Source: Neptuniibacter sp. UBA6509
GTDB lineage: Bacteria > Pseudomonadota > Gammaproteobacteria > Pseudomonadales > Balneatricaceae
Length of the DNA stretch: 64,000 bases
Strand: one strand, 5' to 3'
NCBI RefSeq assembly: GCF_002435145.1
Contig: NZ_DJLT01000115.1
The translations under genes and the position numbers were made by a program. The notes below the pieces were generated by a model. That model was not told where the DNA came from, searched no databases, and saw only the letters and a list, made by a program, of their open reading frames with translations. Below are positions 37,785 through 45,684 of this stretch, piece after piece. The first letter of the stretch is position 1, and each line of letters begins with the position of its first letter.

Positions 37785-37940
37785 GTTGCCACCCCGAAGG
37801 GTGGCACAGAGCGGCCGTCCTTGGCCTGGTTGGGAATTTCATTCCCCGTTCTCTTGGTAGGGAATTTACAGGCAGTGGTTGAGTATGGATATAGGAATAA
37901 TTCTTAATTTGGTTTGTGATTATTCAGGAAAGGTGCAGAT

Positions 37941-39677
37941 ATGAATGCAATTAACGCGCATTTTTTAACGCAGTATGGTCTTCCTTTGGAAGAGTTCGAT
38001 CATGAAATTAATGTTGATATCTTCGCAGGTGGCGGTGGTGCGAGTACGGGCCTAGAGATTGGATTAGAAAGGCCTGTTCATCTTGCAATAAATCACAACC
38101 CTGCAGCTATTAGCATGCATGAGGCAAATCATCCGGGGTGCTTGCATTTGAAAACTGATGTGTGGGAGGTTGATCCTGTTACGGTGCTTAAAGGCCGCAA
38201 TATCGGGTGGTTTCATGCTTCGCCGGATTGCACTCATCATAGCCAAGCTGCAGGCGGTCAGCCGCGTAAAAAAGAAATACGCAACCTCTCATGGGTCGTT
38301 AATAAATGGGCGGGAATTGGAAGGCCTCGCGTTATCAGTCTTGAGAACGTTAAGCAGATTCGTCAATGGGGCCCGCTCATTGCTAAGCGCTGTAAAAGCA
38401 CTGGCCGAGTAGTGACGCTAGAGGTCATTGAATGTCCAAAGACAGGCAAAAAGGCAAACCGTGTGGCTGAGCCAGGTGAAAGCGTCCCACGCAATAATCA
38501 ACACCTTGTTCCCGATCCAAAGCGTAGAGGACAAACGTGGAATAAGTTTATTAGCACTCTTGAGGATCTTGGTTACACAGTAGAGCATCGTTTATTAAAA
38601 GCGTGTGACTATGGCGCGCCGACAAGTAGAGAGCGTTTGTTTCTTATTGCTCGCTGCGATGGGCAGGCTATCGAATGGCCTGCCCCAACTCACGCGGCTA
38701 AGCCATCTAAAACAAAGAAGGCATACAGGACGGCCGCTGAATGTATTGATTGGAGCATTCCGGGAAAAAGTATATTTGGTAGAAAAAAGCCTCTAGCTGA
38801 TGCAACTCTGAAGCGTTTCGCTAAAGGTATTAAGGCCGAAGTTTTGGGGAGAGGCGAGCCTTTTATTGTGCCTATAGCTAACTGGAGTCAAGAAAGTATT
38901 CACGCAATTGATCGGCCTTTAAATACTATTACCGCTTGGCCTAAAGGCGGCGCGTTCTCTATTGTTGCTCCGGTGCTCACTCCTTTTTATGGTGGTGAGA
39001 AAAAAGGCAATAGGGCGCATTCTATTGGCGATCCGCTGCGCACGCAGACAACAGAAAATAGATTTGCACTTGCGACTGCGTTTCTTGCTCAGGCTAATGG
39101 TGGATTTAATACTACTCACTCAAAATCAATGAGTGACCCAGTTACAACCATTACTAACACCGATAGTCAGCAGCAGCTGGTAACGGCTTTCTTATCTCGG
39201 CAATTTAGTTCAAACACGGGTCAGGCAGTTGATAAGCCAGCACCAACAATCATGACTCAAGGTTGCGGTAAGACGGCTTTGGTGGAATTGAAGCTTTCCC
39301 GAGAAGATGAAGATGGCGCTCTAAGATGTGCGGCTTTTCTAAGTCGCTACTATGGTAGTGGTACAAATGCAGACAGTCTTGATAAGCCTGTAAACACTAT
39401 TACAACCAAGGACCGGCTTGCTCTTGTCACTGTGTTTATCAGAGGCGCCCCTTTTGTGATTGTCGATATCCTCATGAGAATGCTACAGCCGCATGAGTTG
39501 TACGCTGCGCAAGGATTTCCACCAAACTACATCATTACACATGGTCATGACGGGCGAAAATTCACAAAGACTCAGCAGGTCTTTATGTGCGGCAACAGTG
39601 TAAGCCCTCCTCCGATGGCAGCAATAGCGAAAGCTAATAACCCATATAAGACTCAAAGAGAGGTGTTGGCTGCGTGA
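37941..39677 (+). CDS. Orphan DNA (cytosine-5) methyltransferase
   Basis: Motif I DIFAGGGGAS, IV SPDC, VI ENV, VIII RERLF, IX/X PHELYAAQGFP and GNSVSP. Confidence 0.9.
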   Translation: MNAINAHFLTQYGLPLEEFDHEINVDIFAGGGGASTGLEIGLERPVHLAINHNPAAISMHEANHPGCLHLKTDVWEVDPVTVLKGRNIGWFHASPDCTHHSQAAGGQPRKKEIRNLSWVVNKWAGIGRPRVISLENVKQIRQWGPLIAKRCKSTGRVVTLEVIECPKTGKKANRVAEPGESVPRNNQHLVPDPKRRGQTWNKFISTLEDLGYTVEHRLLKACDYGAPTSRERLFLIARCDGQAIEWPAPTHAAKPSKTKKAYRTAAECIDWSIPGKSIFGRKKPLADATLKRFAKGIKAEVLGRGEPFIVPIANWSQESIHAIDRPLNTITAWPKGGAFSIVAPVLTPFYGGEKKGNRAHSIGDPLRTQTTENRFALATAFLAQANGGFNTTHSKSMSDPVTTITNTDSQQQLVTAFLSRQFSSNTGQAVDKPAPTIMTQGCGKTALVELKLSREDEDGALRCAAFLSRYYGSGTNADSLDKPVNTITTKDRLALVTVFIRGAPFVIVDILMRMLQPHELYAAQGFPPNYIITHGHDGRKFTKTQQVFMCGNSVSPPPMAAIAKANNPYKTQREVLAA

Positions 39678-39833
39678 GCGCGCAATGCTGTGGCTTTATG
39701 TGAGGGATGGGTGCCCCTTTCTATTGGCGTAGAAAAGGGGCGTGTAGTGATAGGCCTTGCTCGGCATGGAGTGAGAGGCCTATCAAAACGGGATTGATTA
39801 TAGCGGCTATTGGGCTGCTGTACAGGAGTAGTA

Positions 39834-40592
39834 ATGCCTGGTGTTTTTCTGACAGATGAAGAGTTAGATAGTTTTGCTGACGATGAGTGTGCTTTGCCTC
39901 ATTCGGCTCAGTTGCTGTATATCCGGGTGTTGAGGCGTTGGATGGATTATTCAACGGGGATTGTTGGCCGTACTCGGCGGTTGAGCTATCAGCAAATGCA
40001 GGAGCAATTGGAGGTTATTCCTAAGCGTGGGCGTATGGATAACCGGGTTGCTTTGTCTAGAGATCAGATAAAGCGGTTGCTGAAAAGGCTTGAGGATGCG
40101 GGTTTGATTCGTGCGTTGCATGATAAAACTCAACGGGTACCTGTTGAGTATTTTTTGCCTTTGGCCGCGTGTGATTTAGTCCGTCCTTTGGAATACCGCC
40201 ACAATACCGCCACGGGTAAAGCGCCACGGGGAGGTGTAGTGGCGGCGAGGGATTCGCGGCATATATCCGCCACAATGCAGGTGCATGATAAACGCCACAC
40301 ATCCGAGTATCCGAGTAATAACTCTCTCTCTGTGGGGGCTGTGAATAAAAAGTTTCCAATGTATATGGAGTGGGGTGTGTTTGATGAGGATGAGTTCTCT
40401 GAGTCATGTGCAATGATGAATTTGTGTTGGGATAAAGTTAATCAGTTGGACAGGGAGGCGATCAGGCAAGAGTTTGTGCGTTATCAGTTAGGTGCAGAAG
40501 GGGTTGATACTCAGGAGGGGTGGGAGCATAGGTTTCTAAGATCTGTTGAATACTGGGGGCGCCAGGGGCGTGTACCGGTTGTAAATAATTAG
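39834..40592 (+). CDS. Phage replication initiator with C-terminal DnaT-like domain
   Basis: N-terminal wHTH-like region (QLLYIRVLRRWMDY...LKRLEDAGLI); C-terminal FPMYMEW...EFVRY...TQEGWEHRF; internal iterons; ATG after CAGGAG. Confidence 0.65.
   Translation: MPGVFLTDEELDSFADDECALPHSAQLLYIRVLRRWMDYSTGIVGRTRRLSYQQMQEQLEVIPKRGRMDNRVALSRDQIKRLLKRLEDAGLIRALHDKTQRVPVEYFLPLAACDLVRPLEYRHNTATGKAPRGGVVAARDSRHISATMQVHDKRHTSEYPSNNSLSVGAVNKKFPMYMEWGVFDEDEFSESCAMMNLCWDKVNQLDREAIRQEFVRYQLGAEGVDTQEGWEHRFLRSVEYWGRQGRVPVVNN
40192..40298. repeat. CGCCAC-core iteron cluster, candidate phage origin
   Basis: AATACCGCCAC x2 (40192-213), further copies ending 40227, 40273, 40298 and an inverted GTGGCGG at 40239. 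Confidence 0.65.
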
Positions 40593-40614
40593 CGTTGGTA
40601 TGGAGATATCAGGC

Positions 40615-41100
40615 ATGGAGAATGTGAGTGTGCAGGAGCAGGTTGATCGTTTGGCGGCGGTTGATTTGACTAAGCAGGATTTGAGAAAGGCTAGGCGTAA
40701 GCGTGTTAGACCTACGATGATAGCGTTGGTTGATCGTCGGTTGAGGGCGTGGGGTGAGTGGGTGTTGAGTGAGGGCCGAAGTGATGGAATGGTTTGCGGA
40801 CGGTCGCCGCTGTATTCGATTATGGAGAACATGGGGGAGAGTATTCGGGGGACTAACCCGGCGGCAGGGTCGATGCCTGATGATATTTATGATGTAGATC
40901 GGATTGTGATGGGTTTGGAAGAGGGTGAGCGGCAGGTTGTGAGTTTGCAATATCTTGAGTTGTCGCTGTCGATGGCCGAGCGTGCTGAGCGAGTTTGTGT
41001 TAAGGCGCGGGCGTTTAATGAGCGGGTTGCTAAGGTTCATCAAAAAATATTTGTGCAGTTGAAACCCAGTAAATGCACGGGATTCCGTGAATATGGGTGA
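40615..41100 (+). CDS. Q-like late antiterminator
   Basis: VDRRLRAWGEW...VDRIVMGL...VSLQYL...AERAERV C-terminal HTH; followed by promoter and terminators. Confidence 0.65.
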   Translation: MENVSVQEQVDRLAAVDLTKQDLRKARRKRVRPTMIALVDRRLRAWGEWVLSEGRSDGMVCGRSPLYSIMENMGESIRGTNPAAGSMPDDIYDVDRIVMGLEEGERQVVSLQYLELSLSMAERAERVCVKARAFNERVAKVHQKIFVQLKPSKCTGFREYG

Positions 41101-41129
41101 GTTTATTTGTCAATATGCGTGATGGGCTG

Positions 41130-41159
41130 TTGACGCATGGTGCGCTGAGGGGGTAGAGT
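41130..41159 (+). promoter_or_regulatory. Late promoter PR'-like
   Basis: TTGACG-N18-TAGAGT. Confidence 0.65.
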
Positions 41160-41190
41160 TCAGCTATCTTGCAAAATTTGTAAGTAAATC

Positions 41191-41222
41191 AAACCGGAAT
41201 CCGTATGGGCTCCGGTTTTTTT
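41191..41222 (+). terminator. Late-leader terminator 1
   Basis: AAACCGGA...TCCGGTTT followed by T run. Confidence 0.7.
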
Positions 41223-41253
41223 GTGTCTGCAATTTGTGATTAATTGAGTTTTG

Positions 41254-41280
41254 AACCCGGCCTTTGTGCCGGGTTTTTTT
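41254..41280 (+). terminator. Late-leader terminator 2
   Basis: AACCCGGC-CTTTGT-GCCGGGTT plus T run. Confidence 0.75.
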
Positions 41281-41298
41281 ATGTTTGTAATTTGAGGG

Positions 41299-41640
41299 TT
41301 GGAAGGGATGCCGAACGGTGAAAGCAGTTTGTTGGAGAGCATGGTTAATTTAATGCCAGCCGGGCTGCTGGCGGTGGTTGGCGCAACCTTTGATTATTTG
41401 TATTCGGTTAAAAAAGGTAAGCGGGTTTGGTCTTTGGTGGGCTATTTGATCCACTTAGGATTTGCGGTGTTTGTTGGGTATCTGGCTGCGTTGTTAGCTG
41501 TTGGGTTGGGTTATTCAGTTGAGGTTGCTGGGGCGGTAGCAGGTGGCGCAGGCTGGGCAAATACGAAGCTGATTGATTTATTTGTGATGTGGTGGAAAAC
41601 AAAATATGGGAATGGAAACGGTGGTAATGCCTGCAAGTGA
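41299..41640 (+). CDS. Putative holin
   Basis: About 3 TM segments, first late gene, overlaps the endolysin start; possible start 41308. Confidence 0.65.
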   Translation: MEGMPNGESSLLESMVNLMPAGLLAVVGATFDYLYSVKKGKRVWSLVGYLIHLGFAVFVGYLAALLAVGLGYSVEVAGAVAGGAGWANTKLIDLFVMWWKTKYGNGNGGNACK

Positions 41641-42103
41641 TTTGGATTTCTCCCTTGTTGATTACTTTAGTCGCGGGGAGTTTCCCGGCGATGTTCTTAA
41701 TCACGTTGAGTCTGATTTGGTTCTTGGCCTTAGCGAGTACAGGAAGCGGTTGGGTAAGCAGGTACAGCCCTCAAGCGTTGTTGCTGGCTGGTATAGGCAG
41801 GGTGGAAGGAAAGGAAGCCGACATTATGCAATTGAGCGGCTTTCTGATGCGGGTGATGTATTCCCGCAATGTGATATCCGTGATGCGTTATTGGTTGCAA
41901 TGGGTTGTGACTGGTGGGGCGGCATTGGTGTGTATCTGGATACAAATGGGAATGACGGCACGCCTCAACCCATGTTGCATTTAGATGGCCGTGAAGAGCG
42001 CGTGGTTTGGATGCGCTATAAGGGGCGATATATCTACCCTCTACGTTCTGAGTCTGAGCGAGAGGAATTCTGGAAACGATTAAGCGAGGTGAGCGATGGG
42101 TAA
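41627..42103 (+). CDS. Endolysin, peptidase M15-like zinc peptidase
   Basis: YFSRGEF, GSRHYA...AGDV, GGIGVY, MLHLDGR (His/Asp/His ligands). Confidence 0.7.
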   Translation: MPASDLDFSLVDYFSRGEFPGDVLNHVESDLVLGLSEYRKRLGKQVQPSSVVAGWYRQGGRKGSRHYAIERLSDAGDVFPQCDIRDALLVAMGCDWWGGIGVYLDTNGNDGTPQPMLHLDGREERVVWMRYKGRYIYPLRSESEREEFWKRLSEVSDG

Positions 42104-42437
42104 GTTCAAGGTCTTATTGGCTGCAGCGGCTGTTGCGGTCTGTGTTGCAATGACGGGTTGTAACAAACCTGAAGAGTTAGCTGATGGTTATCAGTTTGGT
42201 GATGGCACTCAAATTACTTTGGGTGTGATTCATCAGGTTGCTGATTATCGACATCAGTATTGTGTTGAAGGTGATCAGACAGCAAGAGTGTTGCTGTTAA
42301 CGCTGGTGCGTTCGTTGTGGCCGGACTATCCGCCGGAGGGTATTTGTTCTGAGACTGACTCATTAGCAATAGCATTGAGTGAGTATGTAGTTGATGAAGG
42401 TGGTGAGGCTGAGGCACTGAAAGTTCCTGAGACTTAG
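42096..42437 (+). CDS. Lipoprotein in the spanin position
   Basis: MGKFKVLLAAAAVAVCVAMTGC lipobox. Confidence 0.6.
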   Translation: MGKFKVLLAAAAVAVCVAMTGCNKPEELADGYQFGDGTQITLGVIHQVADYRHQYCVEGDQTARVLLLTLVRSLWPDYPPEGICSETDSLAIALSEYVVDEGGEAEALKVPET

Positions 42438-42469
42438 ATGATTTATTGGTGGGTGCTAGTGCAGAGCTT

Positions 42470-42495
42470 GGGCGGGGGAAACCTCGCCCTTTTTT
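42470..42495 (+). terminator. Terminator after the lysis cassette
   Basis: GGGCGGGG-GAAA-CCTCGCCC-TTTTTT. Confidence 0.75.
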
Positions 42496-42536
42496 GTGCT
42501 CGCGGTTCGGTGATGCGGTGGCTTTCGCAGGCTTTT

Positions 42537-42610
42537 GGGTCCTCCCTAGGGATCTGAATCATACGGGGCAGCTGCTCGCGGATTTCTCCCAGATTTGAGA
42601 ATTTCTTAGG
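42537..42610 (+). other. Lambda-like cos site (cosQ and cosN)
   Basis: GGGTCCT (identical to lambda cosQ) at 42537-43, then ...TACG|GGGCAGCTGCT|CGCGG versus lambda TACG|GGGCGGCGACCT|CGCGG; just upstream of terS. Confidence 0.75.
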
Positions 42611-42654
42611 ACTTCCTTCCTTAGTTAAATTGTTGGTTATAAAGGTTTTTTAAT

Positions 42655-43119
42655 GTGTCTCTGGTCAATAAGAAGCAGCTGGCTGAGCTTTTTCCTTGGT
42701 CAGAGAAAAGTTTTACAGCTTTTCAGAAAGATCCTTCCTTTCCTATAGAGGAGAAGGGAGGGCGTGGTCGTGAAAATATATATGACACGGAAAAGGTATT
42801 CGCTTGGTTGCTCCGTCGAGAGATGGGGAAATCCTCTGAATCACCGAAGGATCGGCTTGATCGGTTGCGAGGTGATAAGGAGGAAATAGTAATAGCGAAA
42901 GAGATTGAGCAGTTGGTTCCATCTGAAGAAACAGAAAAGTTGTTGGCAGGGATTGCGACAACGATCCGAAGCACGATGTTAAGCGGTAACCGTTCGTTAA
43001 AGGCTGATTTGGATTCGCTGTATGACGTGCAGATTGATGTGGGGGTATTGAATGAGCATTCTCGAAACATCCTCACCGCTTTATCAAAAATTAATAAGCA
43101 ATCTGAATGTAGTAGTTGA
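42655..43119 (+). CDS. Terminase small subunit (Nu1-like)
   Basis: VNKKQLAELF...GGRGRENIYDTEKVFAWL resembles the lambda Nu1 N-terminus. Confidence 0.85.
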   Translation: MSLVNKKQLAELFPWSEKSFTAFQKDPSFPIEEKGGRGRENIYDTEKVFAWLLRREMGKSSESPKDRLDRLRGDKEEIVIAKEIEQLVPSEETEKLLAGIATTIRSTMLSGNRSLKADLDSLYDVQIDVGVLNEHSRNILTALSKINKQSECSS

Positions 43120-45160
43120 TAGGGCGTTGGAGGCGTTTATTCCACCGCCTGAAATGTCGAGTACAGATTGGGCCAACGAATATCGTTGGTTAGCAAAAGG
43201 CACCTCTGCCAAGCCGGGTAAATACAGCTCTGACTTAACGCCTTGGGTTCCAGGTATGTTGGACGCGTTGGATGATCCGACTATTCGTGAAGTGGTTGGT
43301 GTTAAGTCTTCGCAGGTGGCGTGGACCGATGGTGTTTGGAATAACTATTTAGGCAAGCGGATACATTTAGATCCGTGTCCGATCCTGATGTTGATGCCTA
43401 AAGACAGTTCAATTAATAAGTATTTACGAACCAAATTTACCCCAATGATCAAGGCAACGCCTGTTCTGGCTGATCTTGTAAATCTAACATCTAGATCGTC
43501 AGAGAATACGCGTGATTATAAGGAATTTCCCGGTGATGGTTTTCTTGCATTGGTGGGTTCTAACTCCCCGGATAACGTAAAGAGTTGGTCAGTTCCGGTT
43601 GGCTGTGTCGAAGAGCCAGATGATTGTGCGGGTGATGTGCAAGGACAAGGTGATTCGGTTGAGCATTTGCGTGACCGATTAAAAACGTTTGAAGACAGTA
43701 AATTGATTTTTGGTGGAACGCCAACCATCAAAGGTTTTTCCAGAGTAGAGGAAGCCTATAAAAATAGCGATCAACGCAAGTTCTGGGTGCCGTGCCATGA
43801 GTGCGGTGATTACCATGTTTTGTCATGGGGTTGCGTTGTTATTCCTGAAGACCCTGAAGCCAACCATGAAACCTATGGTTGTTGTGTGCCGGAGCGTGCA
43901 TTTTATGCGTGTCCGCATTGTGGTGGGGAGTGGGATGATCGCCAAAAGAACATCAATGTTAAAAGTGGTGAATGGCGAGCAGAGAAAGAAACGAAAGGTG
44001 TTGCAGGGTTCTATATCAATGAGCTGTATTCACCTTTTCCCGGTTCTAAATTTGAATTATTGGCTATCAAATATCTAGTTGCTACACATCGCCTTAAGCA
44101 AGGTGATGAAGGCAAGATGATTCACTTCACCAATACAACATTAGGTGAAGCCTATGAATATAAAGACGGCTCACCTGATGCAGAAACCCTAAAGGAACGG
44201 GCTGAGCAATACCCTGTTTTACAAGTTCCTAATAGTGGCTTGGTGATGACTGCCGGTATTGATGTGCAGCCTGATCGATTGGCTGTTGTGTTGATGGCAT
44301 GGGGCCGTGGTGAAGAATCATGGATAGTTTACTGGGGTGAGATTCATGCTCAAACCAGCGTAAACGACATAAATGATCCGTGTTGGTTTGAACTGGATAG
44401 GGCTTTGAATGGTGTCTATCGCCATGAAAGCGGGGCTCCTATTCGTATTGCTGCAGCCGGTATTGACTCTGGTGACGGTAATACTCAAGACGCGGTTTAT
44501 AACTATGTCCGTACTCGTAAGGGCGGCATAGGTCCAAAGCTGATGGCTATTAAAGGCTCAAATGATATTGATGCTGAGATAGTCAAAATTCCCAAAAAGG
44601 TTGATATCAACGGAAAGACCAAGGCTGCCAAGTGGGGGTTAAGGATCTGGATGATTGGTGTAAACCGGGCAAAGGATTTGATCAGTGGGCGTATGAAGTT
44701 AACTGGCTCAGGTCCGGGGCGAATGCATTGGCCTGATGATATCCGCCCTGACTTTTATGCTCAGATTACGGGTGAAAGCAAAATTCCATCGCGTAAGCAT
44801 CAAGGCAAACTTATTTGGACCCGTAAATCAGGGGCAAACGTGGAGGCGTGGGATGGCATTGTGTATGCCACTCATGCGGGGCGAGTGCTCAGAATCCACA
44901 TACCAAGCTATGCATGGGATGACCGTGAAGCTGAGTTGCTTCAAGGTGATTTGCTAGGCGGTGCGGTGTATGACTCTGACTTTATAGAGCACATCGATGA
45001 GCATCCTGAAAATAAAGACTATGCAGGCGTCAAGCCAAGGGCTGGTGTTAAGCAGGCCAAAATCATAACGGCCAAAGAAGATCGCGAAGATAAGCCGCAA
45101 CCTGAACCGCCAGCGAGCGAAAATCAACGATTCAAAGTTAAGAAGAAAATAAGACGATGA
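43052..45160 (+). CDS. Terminase large subunit (gpA family)
   Basis: VKSSQVAWT, EEPD, GGTPTIKG, VPCHECG, CPHCG, FYINELYSPF, TAGIDVQ; start uncertain. Confidence 0.9.
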   Translation: MSILETSSPLYQKLISNLNVVVDRALEAFIPPPEMSSTDWANEYRWLAKGTSAKPGKYSSDLTPWVPGMLDALDDPTIREVVGVKSSQVAWTDGVWNNYLGKRIHLDPCPILMLMPKDSSINKYLRTKFTPMIKATPVLADLVNLTSRSSENTRDYKEFPGDGFLALVGSNSPDNVKSWSVPVGCVEEPDDCAGDVQGQGDSVEHLRDRLKTFEDSKLIFGGTPTIKGFSRVEEAYKNSDQRKFWVPCHECGDYHVLSWGCVVIPEDPEANHETYGCCVPERAFYACPHCGGEWDDRQKNINVKSGEWRAEKETKGVAGFYINELYSPFPGSKFELLAIKYLVATHRLKQGDEGKMIHFTNTTLGEAYEYKDGSPDAETLKERAEQYPVLQVPNSGLVMTAGIDVQPDRLAVVLMAWGRGEESWIVYWGEIHAQTSVNDINDPCWFELDRALNGVYRHESGAPIRIAAAGIDSGDGNTQDAVYNYVRTRKGGIGPKLMAIKGSNDIDAEIVKIPKKVDINGKTKAAKWGLRIWMIGVNRAKDLISGRMKLTGSGPGRMHWPDDIRPDFYAQITGESKIPSRKHQGKLIWTRKSGANVEAWDGIVYATHAGRVLRIHIPSYAWDDREAELLQGDLLGGAVYDSDFIEHIDEHPENKDYAGVKPRAGVKQAKIITAKEDREDKPQPEPPASENQRFKVKKKIRR

Positions 45161-45684
45161 GTGAACCTAAAACGATTCAGGCAGGTGATAGCGTTAGTTG
45201 GAGTCGCACCGCATCGGGCTATTCTTCAGCTGATGGTTGGGTGCTTGGTTATGCCCTGCGGGGTGCGTCAGAAATTGACCTTGAAGCAAGTGGTGAAGCT
45301 GAAGTTTTCACTGTATCGGTTGGTGCATCAAAGTCTGCAGCATGGACATCAGGTGAATATATTTACAGCTGCTTTGTTAAGCGAGGTGATGAACGTATCA
45401 CCCTTGCTACAGGCCGCTTGATTGTTCTGCCTGATTTGGTGCAGGGCTCACATGATTCCCAAAGCCATGCAAAGAAGATGCTTCAAGCTATTCAGGCAAC
45501 GCTTGAAAAACGGGCAACCAAAGATCAGCAAGCGTATCAAATTGACGGTATGCAGATTGAAAGAATTCCCATACCTGAACTAATTAAACTGCGCGATCGC
45601 TACCGTCGAGAATATAGACGGGAGCAAGAGCAGGCTGGAATCGTGCCCGAACGTCAACGGTTAATAAAAGTGAGAATGCGATGA
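45157..45684 (+). CDS. Head completion protein (gpW-like C-terminus with N-terminal extension)
   Basis: Between terL and portal; YQIDGMQIERIPIPELIKLRDRY. Confidence 0.55.
   Translation: MSEPKTIQAGDSVSWSRTASGYSSADGWVLGYALRGASEIDLEASGEAEVFTVSVGASKSAAWTSGEYIYSCFVKRGDERITLATGRLIVLPDLVQGSHDSQSHAKKMLQAIQATLEKRATKDQQAYQIDGMQIERIPIPELIKLRDRYRREYRREQEQAGIVPERQRLIKVRMR

Noticed and set aside
37787-37806. Hairpin TGCCACCC-CGAA-GGGTGGCA as a terminator
   Set aside because: Perfect stem but no U tract on either strand; its role cannot be assigned (pause or processing site at most).
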